A stretch of 64,000 bases of DNA from assembly GCA_963767115.1 (NCBI GenBank), contig CAVYCR010000005.1, forward strand, positions 25,582-89,581, read 5' to 3'. The stretch comes from Candidatus Kaiserbacteria bacterium (GTDB lineage: Bacteria; Patescibacteriota; Minisyncoccia; Phycocordibacterales; UBA2100). This document shows, piece by piece, positions 55,085 through 64,000 of this stretch. Position 1 is the stretch's first letter. Each line of letters opens with the position of its first letter. The notes under the pieces were generated by a model. That model was not told the DNA's origin. It saw nothing but the letters and a program-made list of their open reading frames with translations, and ran no database searches. Position numbers and translations under genes: made by a program.

Positions 55085-55993
55085 TCACGGCCCTTCACTT
55101 GGCGATTGATCATCATAGGGGCCTATCTGCCCAAAGAAAGATCTGTATAGATTTTCAATAACGGCTGCAGCTACACCTGTACCTATAACAGCACTGCCTG
55201 CAGTCGTCAAACGCGACCACGGTATACTATCCAATCCGCCAGATGAAGATTCTGCGGTTTCTGCAGCCTCTCTCAATGCTTGAGATTCTGCCAGTGTAGT
55301 GTCTTCTCCGATTCCTTCGGTTAACGATCCATACTGCCCAATTGTTGTGATAGCCCTTGCAGCACCTTTTGTGGCAATTTGCGCAAGGTAATTTGCGACA
55401 TCACAATCTATTGCACAGTCTAAAGCGACTGACCCAAGAGCAGCATCCCCGACCATTCCGATGCCTGTGCCTGCCCCCAGTATTCCGATAGTGGCCGCCG
55501 CACCCGCCGGAGTATTTCCTCCTCCCTGCGTTACAATACCGTTATTCCTGCTCTGGTTGTAATTATAGGACGTCCATGACGTATTAAAAAGATTCGAAGG
55601 ACTTGGATGGGAGCCGCTATTGGACTGAGCGGCCGATGGGTTCTGCAGGTACTGGTATGTGCTAAAGGTGCTACAGCAGACGCTTTCATTGGTGCCGTTG
55701 TAATCGTATACAAGTCCTTGGCCTGGAATAATCGCACTTGTAAGACCGGTCGGATCTTCTTTAATTATTGGATTGTCTTGTGAGTAGGAGTAGGCGTTAA
55801 GACTTTGTGGATCTGTTAGAATTTGTAGCTTTGGAATGCCTAGAAATAGAGGATCTTCAGATAAGAACTGGCCTTGGGAACTATTGTAATAACGCTTCTG
55901 AAGGTAGTTTAAAGAGCTTCCGGCATCATAGTACTGACCGATAAAAGTCATTGCCGAGAAACACGATGAAGAAGTCGTCGAGCGGACAACCAT
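55085..55993 (-). pseudogene. orphan RHS repeat-associated core plus C-terminal toxin tip (5'-truncated)
   Basis: FIGQYYDAGSSLNYLQKRYYNSSQGQFLSEDP...NAYSYSQDNPIIKEDPTGL is an RHS core ending in DPxGL. All upstream YD repeats are absent. The CT of about 215 aa has Gly-zipper-like stretches (GAAATIGILGAGTGIGMVG; GSAVIGTGVAAAVI). Confidence 0.7.
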
Positions 55994-56489
55994 TTACGAT
56001 TCCCAACAGAAGGCCCTGAGTGACACGCAGAAACAGCTCGATAATCTTACTCAGATGCGCCTACGCGAAATGATCGACGATGATGAGTATTTGCGCGAGA
56101 AGACTCGGCTCAAGAATGAAATGGCCGTAATGAAGACAAAGGTGCAAGGTACAGAGCAACGGGCCGAGAATTGGCTCAAGCTTACCGAACAGACTTTCGA
56201 CTTTGCCTGCTACGCGCACAAAGCGTTCCTTTTTGGCGACGCGCAAACGAAGCGAGAGATACTTTCAACCATCGTTGGTTTGAACTGCACAATGCGCGAT
56301 CACGTTCTTAACATTCAAGCCGTGGAATGGCTTGTACCGATCAAAGATAAGTATCCTGCCCTCGAAGCTAGGATAAAGGCGTTTGAACCAGAGAATTATG
56401 GCTCTCCGGAATGGGAAAAGGCGGCTTTCGCCGCCTTCAGTCCCGATGTGCGCGGCCGACCGGACTTGAACCGGCAACCTCTCGCGTGA
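55945..56489 (+). pseudogene. 3' remnant of a third large serine recombinase, running into tRNA-Asp
   Basis: The frame reads ...EEVVERTTIYDSQQKALSDTQKQLDNLTQMRLREMIDDDEYLREKTRLKNEM...FLFGDAQTKREILSTIVGLNCTMRDHVL, which is the coiled-coil and C-terminal region only. No catalytic domain is present. Confidence 0.6.
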
Positions 56490-56524
56490 CAGGCGAGTGC
56501 TCTAACCAGTTGAGCTACGGCCGC
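56451..56524 (-). tRNA. tRNA-Asp (anticodon GUC)
   Basis: Hand-folded: GCGGCCG acceptor, anticodon arm CTCGC-CTGTCAC-GCGAG, T arm GCCGG-TTCAAGT-CCGGT, discriminator G, no encoded CCA. Confidence 0.85.
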
Positions 56525-56606
56525 ATATATGGCTGCGCGAATACTATACCATTAGCGCGAAGATTTTACACCCCCATCTCGTATCGCGCTATTTCGCGCT
56601 CTCAGC

Positions 56607-57476
56607 TCACGAATGCGTAGCACGGCTGGAGAGGAGCTGTGCAAGTACGATGGTGAGCGCCTTGATCTGCGACTCAAGCTGCGCTATCTCGGCTGACTGG
56701 TCGCTGGTAAGCGCAGTTGAGGTTGCCATGGTCGAAGAAGCGGCGCCCGTATACGAAAGTAGCGCTGCGCGCGTCGGCGCATCAAGGAGGCCGTAGCCGG
56801 TCGTGTATTCGTCTCCCGAGCAGGTGATGCCCTCTCTGCATTGGAACTGGCGAAGCGCAGCTTGTGTGAGAAGCCCGAAGACGTCTGTCTCCTGCCCGAG
56901 CGAACCGGGGCCGGAAGTAGCGACGGTGAAACCGTCGGCGTTCAGCATCTCCTGAAGCGTTACGACCTGCGGATCGACGTTGCCGAGTATGAGGTTGATC
57001 GAAAGCGCGGGAGAAGATGTCGCTGCTGCACCCATGGAACTAGTGGCAGACGAAGTTGCCATAACAGTCGCCGAGGACGTACCAACAACGAGCGGATGCC
57101 AACACGAGTATGACGAGAACCACGGCGTCGTCCCTTCGAAGCCGTAGAGGAACCGCGCGTACTCGAGATTACCGGTCGTCGTGTCGATATCGATACCTAA
57201 GCTTTGCGCCGCACCCGCATGAGAGCCTTCGTCGAGCTGAAATACCCCGACCACGTCGCCGTCGCCGCCGATAAGCGGAGCGCCGTTTGCCGCATATTGT
57301 CGGAAGCTCGATTCGCACTGCGCGATCGCGATCATGACGGGGATGTCTGAGAAGTAGGATCGTACCTGCGCTTCGACGCCGGCGTTGGGGTCGGTTGTTG
57401 TCTGTGCGGATGCAAATGCTGGGGCAAATACAAACAGCACCGACAAGAACCCTAGATATGCTTTCTTCATCTTCAT
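56607..57476 (-). CDS. secreted peptidoglycan-binding / lytic-transglycosylase-like protein
   Basis: Signal peptide (start probably MKMKKAYLG), a muramidase-like AIAQCESSFRQY block and a PG_binding_1-like repeat (VVTLQEMLNADGF...FGLLTQAALRQFQ). Confidence 0.7.
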   Translation of the reverse strand: MKMKKAYLGFLSVLFVFAPAFASAQTTTDPNAGVEAQVRSYFSDIPVMIAIAQCESSFRQYAANGAPLIGGDGDVVGVFQLDEGSHAGAAQSLGIDIDTTTGNLEYARFLYGFEGTTPWFSSYSCWHPLVVGTSSATVMATSSATSSMGAAATSSPALSINLILGNVDPQVVTLQEMLNADGFTVATSGPGSLGQETDVFGLLTQAALRQFQCREGITCSGDEYTTGYGLLDAPTRAALLSYTGAASSTMATSTALTSDQSAEIAQLESQIKALTIVLAQLLSSRATHS

Positions 57477-57521
57477 AGAAAGTAAGTATAGCAAAAACGA
57501 GTAATTTTGGTGGTCACAAAT

Positions 57522-57585
57522 AATTCCTTTGCCGTCGCAAAGGAATTTTCGCGACCCCGGCGCGCCGTCGCTTCTACTGAAGCGA
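57522..57585. repeat. 64-nt two-hairpin module, copy 1 (3' of tRNA-Val)
   Basis: AATTCCTTTGC-CGTC-GCAAAGGAATT, then TTCGCGACCCCGGCGCGCCG, then TCGCTTC-TACT-GAAGCGA. Confidence 0.8.
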
Positions 57586-57612
57586 CATGACTTGCGCCTC
57601 GCACATGCACAT

Positions 57613-57638
57613 GAAAAAGCAAAGCAGTTTGCTTTTTC
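57613..57638 (-). terminator. 11-bp hairpin just 3' of tRNA-Val
   Basis: GAAAAAGCAAA-GCAG-TTTGCTTTTTC, 8 nt after the tRNA 3' end. Confidence 0.5.
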
Positions 57639-57646
57639 AAGTTATG

Positions 57647-57719
57647 TGCGCGATGCAGGACTCGAACCTGCGACCTTCCCGGTGTAAACGGGTTGCTCTA
57701 CCAACTGAGCTAATCGCGC
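57647..57719 (-). tRNA. tRNA-Val (anticodon UAC)
   Basis: Hand-folded: GCGCGAT acceptor, anticodon loop TTTACAC, T arm GCAGG-TTCGAGT-CCTGC. Confidence 0.85.
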
Positions 57720-57756
57720 ATTATAGAAACGGTGCCGGCGGGGCTTGGTCACCGAT

Positions 57757-57820
57757 ATTTTCATTGCCGCCGCAATGAAAATTCGTCGACCCCGGCTCGC
57801 CGCCCGTTCTGCTGAACGGG
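57757..57820. repeat. 64-nt two-hairpin module, copy 2 (3' of tRNA-Met)
   Basis: ATTTTCATTGC-CGCC-GCAATGAAAAT, then TCGTCGACCCCGGCTCGCCG, then CCCGTTC-TGCT-GAACGGG. The geometry is the same as copy 1, with 6 compensated stem differences. Confidence 0.8.
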
Positions 57821-57836
57821 ACCCCAGCTCCGCCCT

Positions 57837-57868
57837 GCAAGTCCTTCCGGCGGCAAGAAATACAAGTC
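57837..57868 (+). repeat. inverted copy of the tRNA-Met 3' end plus trailer
   Basis: GCAAGTCCTTCCGGCGGCA-AGAAATACA on the plus strand matches minus-strand GCAAGTCCTTCCGCCGGCAcTAGAAATACA (57890-57922). Confidence 0.75.
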
Positions 57869-57903
57869 GTATAATGCGATGCATCATACTCCTGTATTTC
57901 TAG

Positions 57904-57977
57904 TGCCGGCGGAAGGACTTGCACCTTCGACCTTGGGTTTATGAGTCCCATGCTCTAACTACCTGAGCTACGCCGGC
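57904..57977 (-). tRNA. atypical tRNA with anticodon CAU (elongator Met or Ile2)
   Basis: The cloverleaf folds, with G1-C72 paired. However, the T-loop reads TGCAAGT (G at position 55 instead of U) and 31:39 is A.A. Confidence 0.65.
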
Positions 57978-58003
57978 AAAGTATATTCTTACGCTTCTCA
58001 AAC

Positions 58004-58264
58004 ATGCAACAGCCTGATAATAGCCTATTTTATGGCTTTTTCGATACTGGACATGAGAAATATATATTATATAATACATATATGAAAGTAGTTTTGCTCA
58101 TCAACAGCATCCTCTGGTGCTTTCTCTTCACCTATTTTTTCTATTGCTTCGGCGTTGCCGTCTTGGCGCTGAGCGTCGCTGGCCTCGGCAAGCTTCTGGC
58201 CGCCGCCCTTTTGCTCGCCATCGCTACGATGAGCCAGATGGTCTTCGGGATAGCCGCGCACTAA
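58004..58264 (+). CDS. possible small membrane protein
   Basis: 86-aa ORF (a shorter start MKVVLLINS is possible) with two hydrophobic helices. Support is weak. Confidence 0.3.
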   Translation: MQQPDNSLFYGFFDTGHEKYILYNTYMKVVLLINSILWCFLFTYFFYCFGVAVLALSVAGLGKLLAAALLLAIATMSQMVFGIAAH

Positions 58265-58662
58265 GCAAGTGACGCGCGCACCGCATCAAAAAATGCGCGG
58301 TCTTTCTCGTCGGTGAGCGTGCCTGTCACCTGCTCGAGTGCTACCCATTGCGCCGCAGGATTAATAGGATCGATCGGTGCGAGCTTCTCTTCTACGCTCG
58401 TGAAGAGATACATATGGATCAGCTTATACTCTTGCATATGCGCTCCGCCGCGCCGCTCATAAGAGCCGAGATCACGTATGAAGGTGATTTCATATAAGCC
58501 GGTCTCTTCGGCGATCTCGCGCCGTGCCGCTTCAAGCAGTGTCTCGTCACCTTCGACATGGCCTTTGGGGAAACCCCAGAAGCCCGCGAAGTGACTCTGG
58601 ACGAGCGCCACCTCGCCGCGCGCATTCATGACGATACCGCCGGCGATGATCGATGGTTGCAT
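58261..58662 (-). CDS. NUDIX hydrolase
   Basis: The start is trimmed to MQPSIIAGG so it does not overlap the tRNA. Nudix box GHVEGDETLLEAARREIAEETG. Confidence 0.8.
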   Translation of the reverse strand: MQPSIIAGGIVMNARGEVALVQSHFAGFWGFPKGHVEGDETLLEAARREIAEETGLYEITFIRDLGSYERRGGAHMQEYKLIHMYLFTSVEEKLAPIDPINPAAQWVALEQVTGTLTDEKDRAFFDAVRASLA

Positions 58663-58724
58663 TGGAGGATTGTAGCATCGGCACGATTCATTGCCGGGCC
58701 ATCCTTTGTATAGTAGAATCGCCA

Positions 58725-58796
58725 AGCGGGGTGGAGCAATGGTAGCTCGTCAGGCTCATAACCTGGAGGTTGTCGGTTCAAGTCCGACCCCCGCAA
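58725..58796 (+). tRNA. initiator-type tRNA-Met (anticodon CAU)
   Basis: Strong similarity to bacterial tRNA-fMet (GCGGGGTGGAGCA...GCTCGTCAGGCTCATAACCTGG...TTCAAGTCCGACCCCCGCAA). Position 1:72 is unpaired (A.A). Only two of the three canonical G-C pairs are present in the anticodon stem. Confidence 0.8.
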
Positions 58797-58869
58797 CAAA
58801 TTTGACCGGTCAGAAGTCGGTATCGTTACGATCCCACCGCACTGAAGTCAGTCGGTGTATACTTACGCG

Positions 58870-59871
58870 ATGTCTGAGCTTGAATATCAAGAGCAGTTGA
58901 AGAAGTACCTGGAATCACTCGACTCGGGTATTTTTGGGGTCGATCGTGTGTCAGTGATCAGTATCAAGCGTCTCGGCGGAGGTCTTCATAATGTTAATTA
59001 TCTTGTCGAACTCGATGGTTTGCCGCCGCGGAAGTTAGTCGTCCGCTTTCATCCGAAGAATAATCCGGGTGAAGATAAAACGGCGATTGAGGCATCAAAC
59101 ATGCGCTTGCTAGACGGCCTTCGTGTACCGAGAATTATCTTTGTAGGTGTTCCAGAGTTTCTCGGCTCGACCGTTATGTGCATGGAGTTTATCGAGGGAA
59201 CGAGCGCGGATTTTCGCACATTGTCTGATGAGAAGATTCGAATGCTCGCACGCGCGACCGCAGAGGTCCACAGTATCAAACGCGATATGTTTAGCCGGGC
59301 TCCCTCAGCACCAGCGAGCGAACATGGTACATACGCGGATTATCTGAGTACCATGATCAAAAGTACCATCACCGACCGCCTGACCAAAGTGCGCGTTGAG
59401 ATCTACCAAGACTCTCAAGCCTTGATCGCCCGGGGCCTTGAGAAATGTAACGACTACCTTGCACGCGAAGAATTCACCGGCTCCAGGTTCAGCCTGCTTC
59501 ACACCGACCTGGGCGAGGGAAACGTCATATGGTCGAGCGGTGAGCCGACCATTATCGACTGGGAGGAAATAACATTCGGCGATCCTGCCGATGAGGTCGC
59601 CTATATTTTTGCCATCAACAATCTAGACACCCAATGGCAGTCGACCTTCCTCGACGAATATCTCAGAGCCATGCATGATGAATCTCTCACGAGACGCATA
59701 CCGGCATATATCCTAAAAAACCGTCTCTTCGATCTGCGGTGGTCGATCAGCAAGATGGCTGAGTTGCAGTCCGGTGAAAGTCCAGAGATGTTGCACGGCT
59801 CTATCGAAGAGTACCGAGGATTCTATAACGTACGGCGAGATGCGCTCGAAGCGCTTCTTCGGAGTATGTAG
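58870..59871 (+). CDS. phosphotransferase (APH/choline-kinase) family protein
   Basis: Brenner/APH motifs LLHTDLGEGNVIW and IIDWEEITFGDPADE. The start is possibly MSELEYQ. Confidence 0.8.
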   Translation: MSELEYQEQLKKYLESLDSGIFGVDRVSVISIKRLGGGLHNVNYLVELDGLPPRKLVVRFHPKNNPGEDKTAIEASNMRLLDGLRVPRIIFVGVPEFLGSTVMCMEFIEGTSADFRTLSDEKIRMLARATAEVHSIKRDMFSRAPSAPASEHGTYADYLSTMIKSTITDRLTKVRVEIYQDSQALIARGLEKCNDYLAREEFTGSRFSLLHTDLGEGNVIWSSGEPTIIDWEEITFGDPADEVAYIFAINNLDTQWQSTFLDEYLRAMHDESLTRRIPAYILKNRLFDLRWSISKMAELQSGESPEMLHGSIEEYRGFYNVRRDALEALLRSM

Positions 59872-59898
59872 TAAGCAGCCTGCATCGCGCGGAATACG

Positions 59899-60660
59899 TT
59901 ATTCTATAAAACGGAATTCGCGGAAGACGCGTTCGTAGAGACTTACGATGTGCTGCGCTTCGCGCTGCGAGAGCGGTGTCGCCGAGCCTTCGTGCGCGAT
60001 CTTGTTGCGCGCGCGGTGCGCTTCCCATGCGTAATCGATCGTATTGAAACTCGTGCGCGGGACCATTTTCATCTTGTCGGCCATCGTCTCGCCCTTGTAG
60101 CCGAGCGTGTCGAGGAGCTCATTGAGGAGGATGTCGGCCTCAAGGATCGCGAGTCGCCATCCTTGCTCGCTCTCGGCAGTGATCTGTTCGAAGATCCTGT
60201 TCCAGCGCAGCTGCGCGCGCGAGACGTCGCGCGAGGCTACAGGGTGCGCGGTCGCCTTGAATCGAAGCTCCTCGAAGCGACGGACCTGCCCGATGCGCAC
60301 CGCACAATAGACGATGAGCGCGATCAAGAGAAGCGAGACGAAGATAGAGACGGCGGCAAATATTCCCCAATCGTCGAGGAACTGCTGATAATTGCTCGGC
60401 ACCGAGACGCTCTGGAGATAATCGTTGAGCTGACCGAAGGTCATCGGCGCGTTCAAGGGCGTCGAGGTGCCGGAGAGCGTGGAGTTGCCGCCGGCATAGA
60501 GCGAGATCACGAGGGCCGGCACCCATTGGAAGGTAAACACGCTCAGTATCGAGAGCCCGCTGATGAGCGAGGAGTGGAGTTCCGTGCCTTGCATAACACA
60601 ATTATACCCCGTAAAGAGAACCTGATGAGTGAGGTTCTCCACGGGGCAAGCCCCTATCAA
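59899..60660 (-). CDS. membrane protein with C-terminal DUF4145/HEPN-like helical domain
   Basis: 253-aa ORF with 2 TM in the first half. The C-terminus ILEADILLNELLDTLGY...AWEAHRARNKIAHEG contains an R-N-x-x-A-H motif. Confidence 0.6.
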   Translation of the reverse strand: MIGACPVENLTHQVLFTGYNCVMQGTELHSSLISGLSILSVFTFQWVPALVISLYAGGNSTLSGTSTPLNAPMTFGQLNDYLQSVSVPSNYQQFLDDWGIFAAVSIFVSLLLIALIVYCAVRIGQVRRFEELRFKATAHPVASRDVSRAQLRWNRIFEQITAESEQGWRLAILEADILLNELLDTLGYKGETMADKMKMVPRTSFNTIDYAWEAHRARNKIAHEGSATPLSQREAQHIVSLYERVFREFRFIE

Positions 60661-60671
60661 CGCGAGAAAGA

Positions 60672-62084
60672 TTATGCGAGATGCGAACCGACCTCGAAGA
60701 GGATGTCTTCGCAGCCGTGTCCGGCACTCAATTGAAAACCTGTGGGGAGATGCGAACCGGAGCGCTCTACCGTGCCCATGGGAAGCGACATCGCGGGAAT
60801 GCCGGCGAGGTTCGCCGGGACACTGAAGATGTCGCCCGCGTACATGGCGACCGGGTCGCTCATCTCTCCAAACTTGAAGGCCGGGGTCGGAGCGGTCGGT
60901 GTCGCGATCGCATCGACTGACTCGAAGGCTTTGACGAAGTCCTGGCGAATGAGCGCGCGCACCGCGCGAGCCTTGCGGTAGTAGGCATCGTAATACCCTG
61001 AGGAGAGCACGAAGGTGCCAACGAGCGTGCGACGACGTGCCTCCGGCCCGAGCCCTTCGCCGCGCGTCTTCGCGTAGACCTCGCCGATGGTGTCCGCCTT
61101 TTTCGAGAGGCCGTAGCGGATACCGTCGAAGCGGTCGAGGTTGGTCGAGACTTCGGCGGGGTTGATGATGTAATACACCGCGAGCGAATGCTTGAGGTGC
61201 GGCAGCTCGACATCGCGGATCTCGTATCCCGCGGCTTCGAGCTTCTTGAGCGCCTCTTCGAAGCGCGCCATCACATCAGGCTCGGTCCCCTCCTTGAGAA
61301 AGGCGCGCGGCACGCCAACTACTTTTTTGAGCAAGGTTTCGCCTTGCTCACTATCGGCATCCAGTAGCGAGGTGCTGTCATGCGGGTCGTGACCCTTGAT
61401 CGCGTCATAGATGATACGCGCATCTTCGACGGTATTAGCGATCGGCCCGATCTGATCGAGCGAGGACGCTGCCGCCATGAGGCCGAAGCGCGAGACTTTG
61501 CCGTAGGTCGGCTTCATCCCGACGACGCCACAGAGTGCGGCAGGTTGGCGGATCGATCCGCCCGTGTCGCTTCCCAAGGCACCGAGGCACAGGTGCGCGG
61601 CAAGAGCTGCGGCGGAGCCGCCCGAAGTACCGCCCGGCACACGTGAAGTGTCATGCGGATTCTTCGTCGGGCCGTATGCGGAATTCTCGGTGCTGCTTCC
61701 GAGGGCAAACTCGTCCATATTTGTCCTCCCCAAAAAGACGACTCCCTGCTCCTTGAGCTTGGTGATGACCGTAGCATCATAGCTCGCACGATAGTGCTCG
61801 AGGATCTTCGAAGCAGAGCTTGCGATGCGTCCATGAATCAAAATATTATCTTTGATTGCGATCGGGATACCGGTCAAGGGCTGCGACTTTCGCTCAGCAA
61901 TCATTTCATCAGCCGCTTTAGCTTCAGCGCGTGCGCTCTCGGTCCACACTTCGAGATATGCGTGCAGTTCGGGGTCGCGCTTCTCGATCTCTGCGAGATA
62001 CGCTTCAGCGAGGTCAAGCGCCGAATACTTCTTCTCGTCGAGATCTTTGCGCGCTTGCGCGATGGTGAGTGCAGATAAATCCAT
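60672..62084 (-). CDS. gatA: Glu/Asp-tRNA amidotransferase subunit A
   Basis: 470 aa with the amidase signature GGSSGGSAAALAA-like block (GGTSGGSAAALAA). Confidence 0.95.
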   Translation of the reverse strand: MDLSALTIAQARKDLDEKKYSALDLAEAYLAEIEKRDPELHAYLEVWTESARAEAKAADEMIAERKSQPLTGIPIAIKDNILIHGRIASSASKILEHYRASYDATVITKLKEQGVVFLGRTNMDEFALGSSTENSAYGPTKNPHDTSRVPGGTSGGSAAALAAHLCLGALGSDTGGSIRQPAALCGVVGMKPTYGKVSRFGLMAAASSLDQIGPIANTVEDARIIYDAIKGHDPHDSTSLLDADSEQGETLLKKVVGVPRAFLKEGTEPDVMARFEEALKKLEAAGYEIRDVELPHLKHSLAVYYIINPAEVSTNLDRFDGIRYGLSKKADTIGEVYAKTRGEGLGPEARRRTLVGTFVLSSGYYDAYYRKARAVRALIRQDFVKAFESVDAIATPTAPTPAFKFGEMSDPVAMYAGDIFSVPANLAGIPAMSLPMGTVERSGSHLPTGFQLSAGHGCEDILFEVGSHLA

Positions 62085-62085
62085 A

Positions 62086-64000
<1,915 letters not shown>

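Larger units (their letters stand above)
49205..56450. mobile_element. putative integrative genomic island adjacent to tRNA-Asp (boundaries uncertain)
   Basis: It contains two intact or near-intact large serine recombinases, a third recombinase remnant abutting the tRNA-Asp 3' end, an orphan RHS toxin tip with an immunity-like gene, and an unrecognised 3-gene cassette. No flanking direct repeat was identified. Confidence 0.45.

Overview
This is a gene-dense bacterial chromosome segment, with most genes on the minus strand. Housekeeping genes are obg, pyrG, ftsE/ftsX, prfB, gatC/gatA, ligA (partial) and lexA with a Cheo-type SOS box. I folded seven tRNAs by hand: Gln-CUG, Thr-CGU, Thr-GGU, Asp-GUC, Val-UAC, an atypical CAU tRNA and an initiator-type CAU tRNA.

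The gene content suggests a reduced-genome, Gram-positive-type lineage such as Saccharibacteria/CPR. That is inference only. It rests on a sortase, a short RF2 without the programmed frameshift, a pilin-like module, giant S/T-rich surface proteins, a SemiSWEET, and a cyo quinol oxidase as the only respiratory element.

Main points:
1. A cyoA-cyoB-X-cyoC-cyoD operon plus an upstream MFS gene. cyoB and the MFS gene are riddled with frameshifts, and the MFS gene also has two in-frame stops, while cyoA and cyoD are intact.
2. A likely integrative island from about 49.2 to 56.45 kb that ends at tRNA-Asp. It carries an unrecognised three-gene cassette whose third protein has an Abi_C/HEPN-like RNNRGVGH motif. 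It also carries two translationally coupled large serine recombinases, an orphan RHS C-terminal toxin tip with a small membrane immunity candidate, and a third recombinase remnant abutting the tRNA. I consider the cassette the best candidate for an undescribed defence-type system.
3. A 1704-aa (from the likely start at 48911) tail-fibre-like surface protein with an internal S74 chaperone-type domain, with two co-directional accessory genes.
4. Several unexplained structured non-coding elements. These are two related 32-bp-arm perfect palindromes 3' of ftsX, a heptamer-built inverted repeat between ftsE and ftsX, a 64-nt two-hairpin module present twice with compensatory stem changes next to tRNA-Val and tRNA-Met, an inverted copy of the tRNA-Met 3' end, a promoter-plus-terminator-bounded sRNA candidate of about 150 nt, and a repeat family at 26.07-26.77 kb that joins gene fragments.

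Single frameshifts also occur in ligA, a VOC gene, a DUF5666-like gene, cyoC and recombinase 2. Sequencing indels therefore cannot be excluded for those. All coordinates and counts are from manual reading of the sequence and ORF track. No database search was possible.
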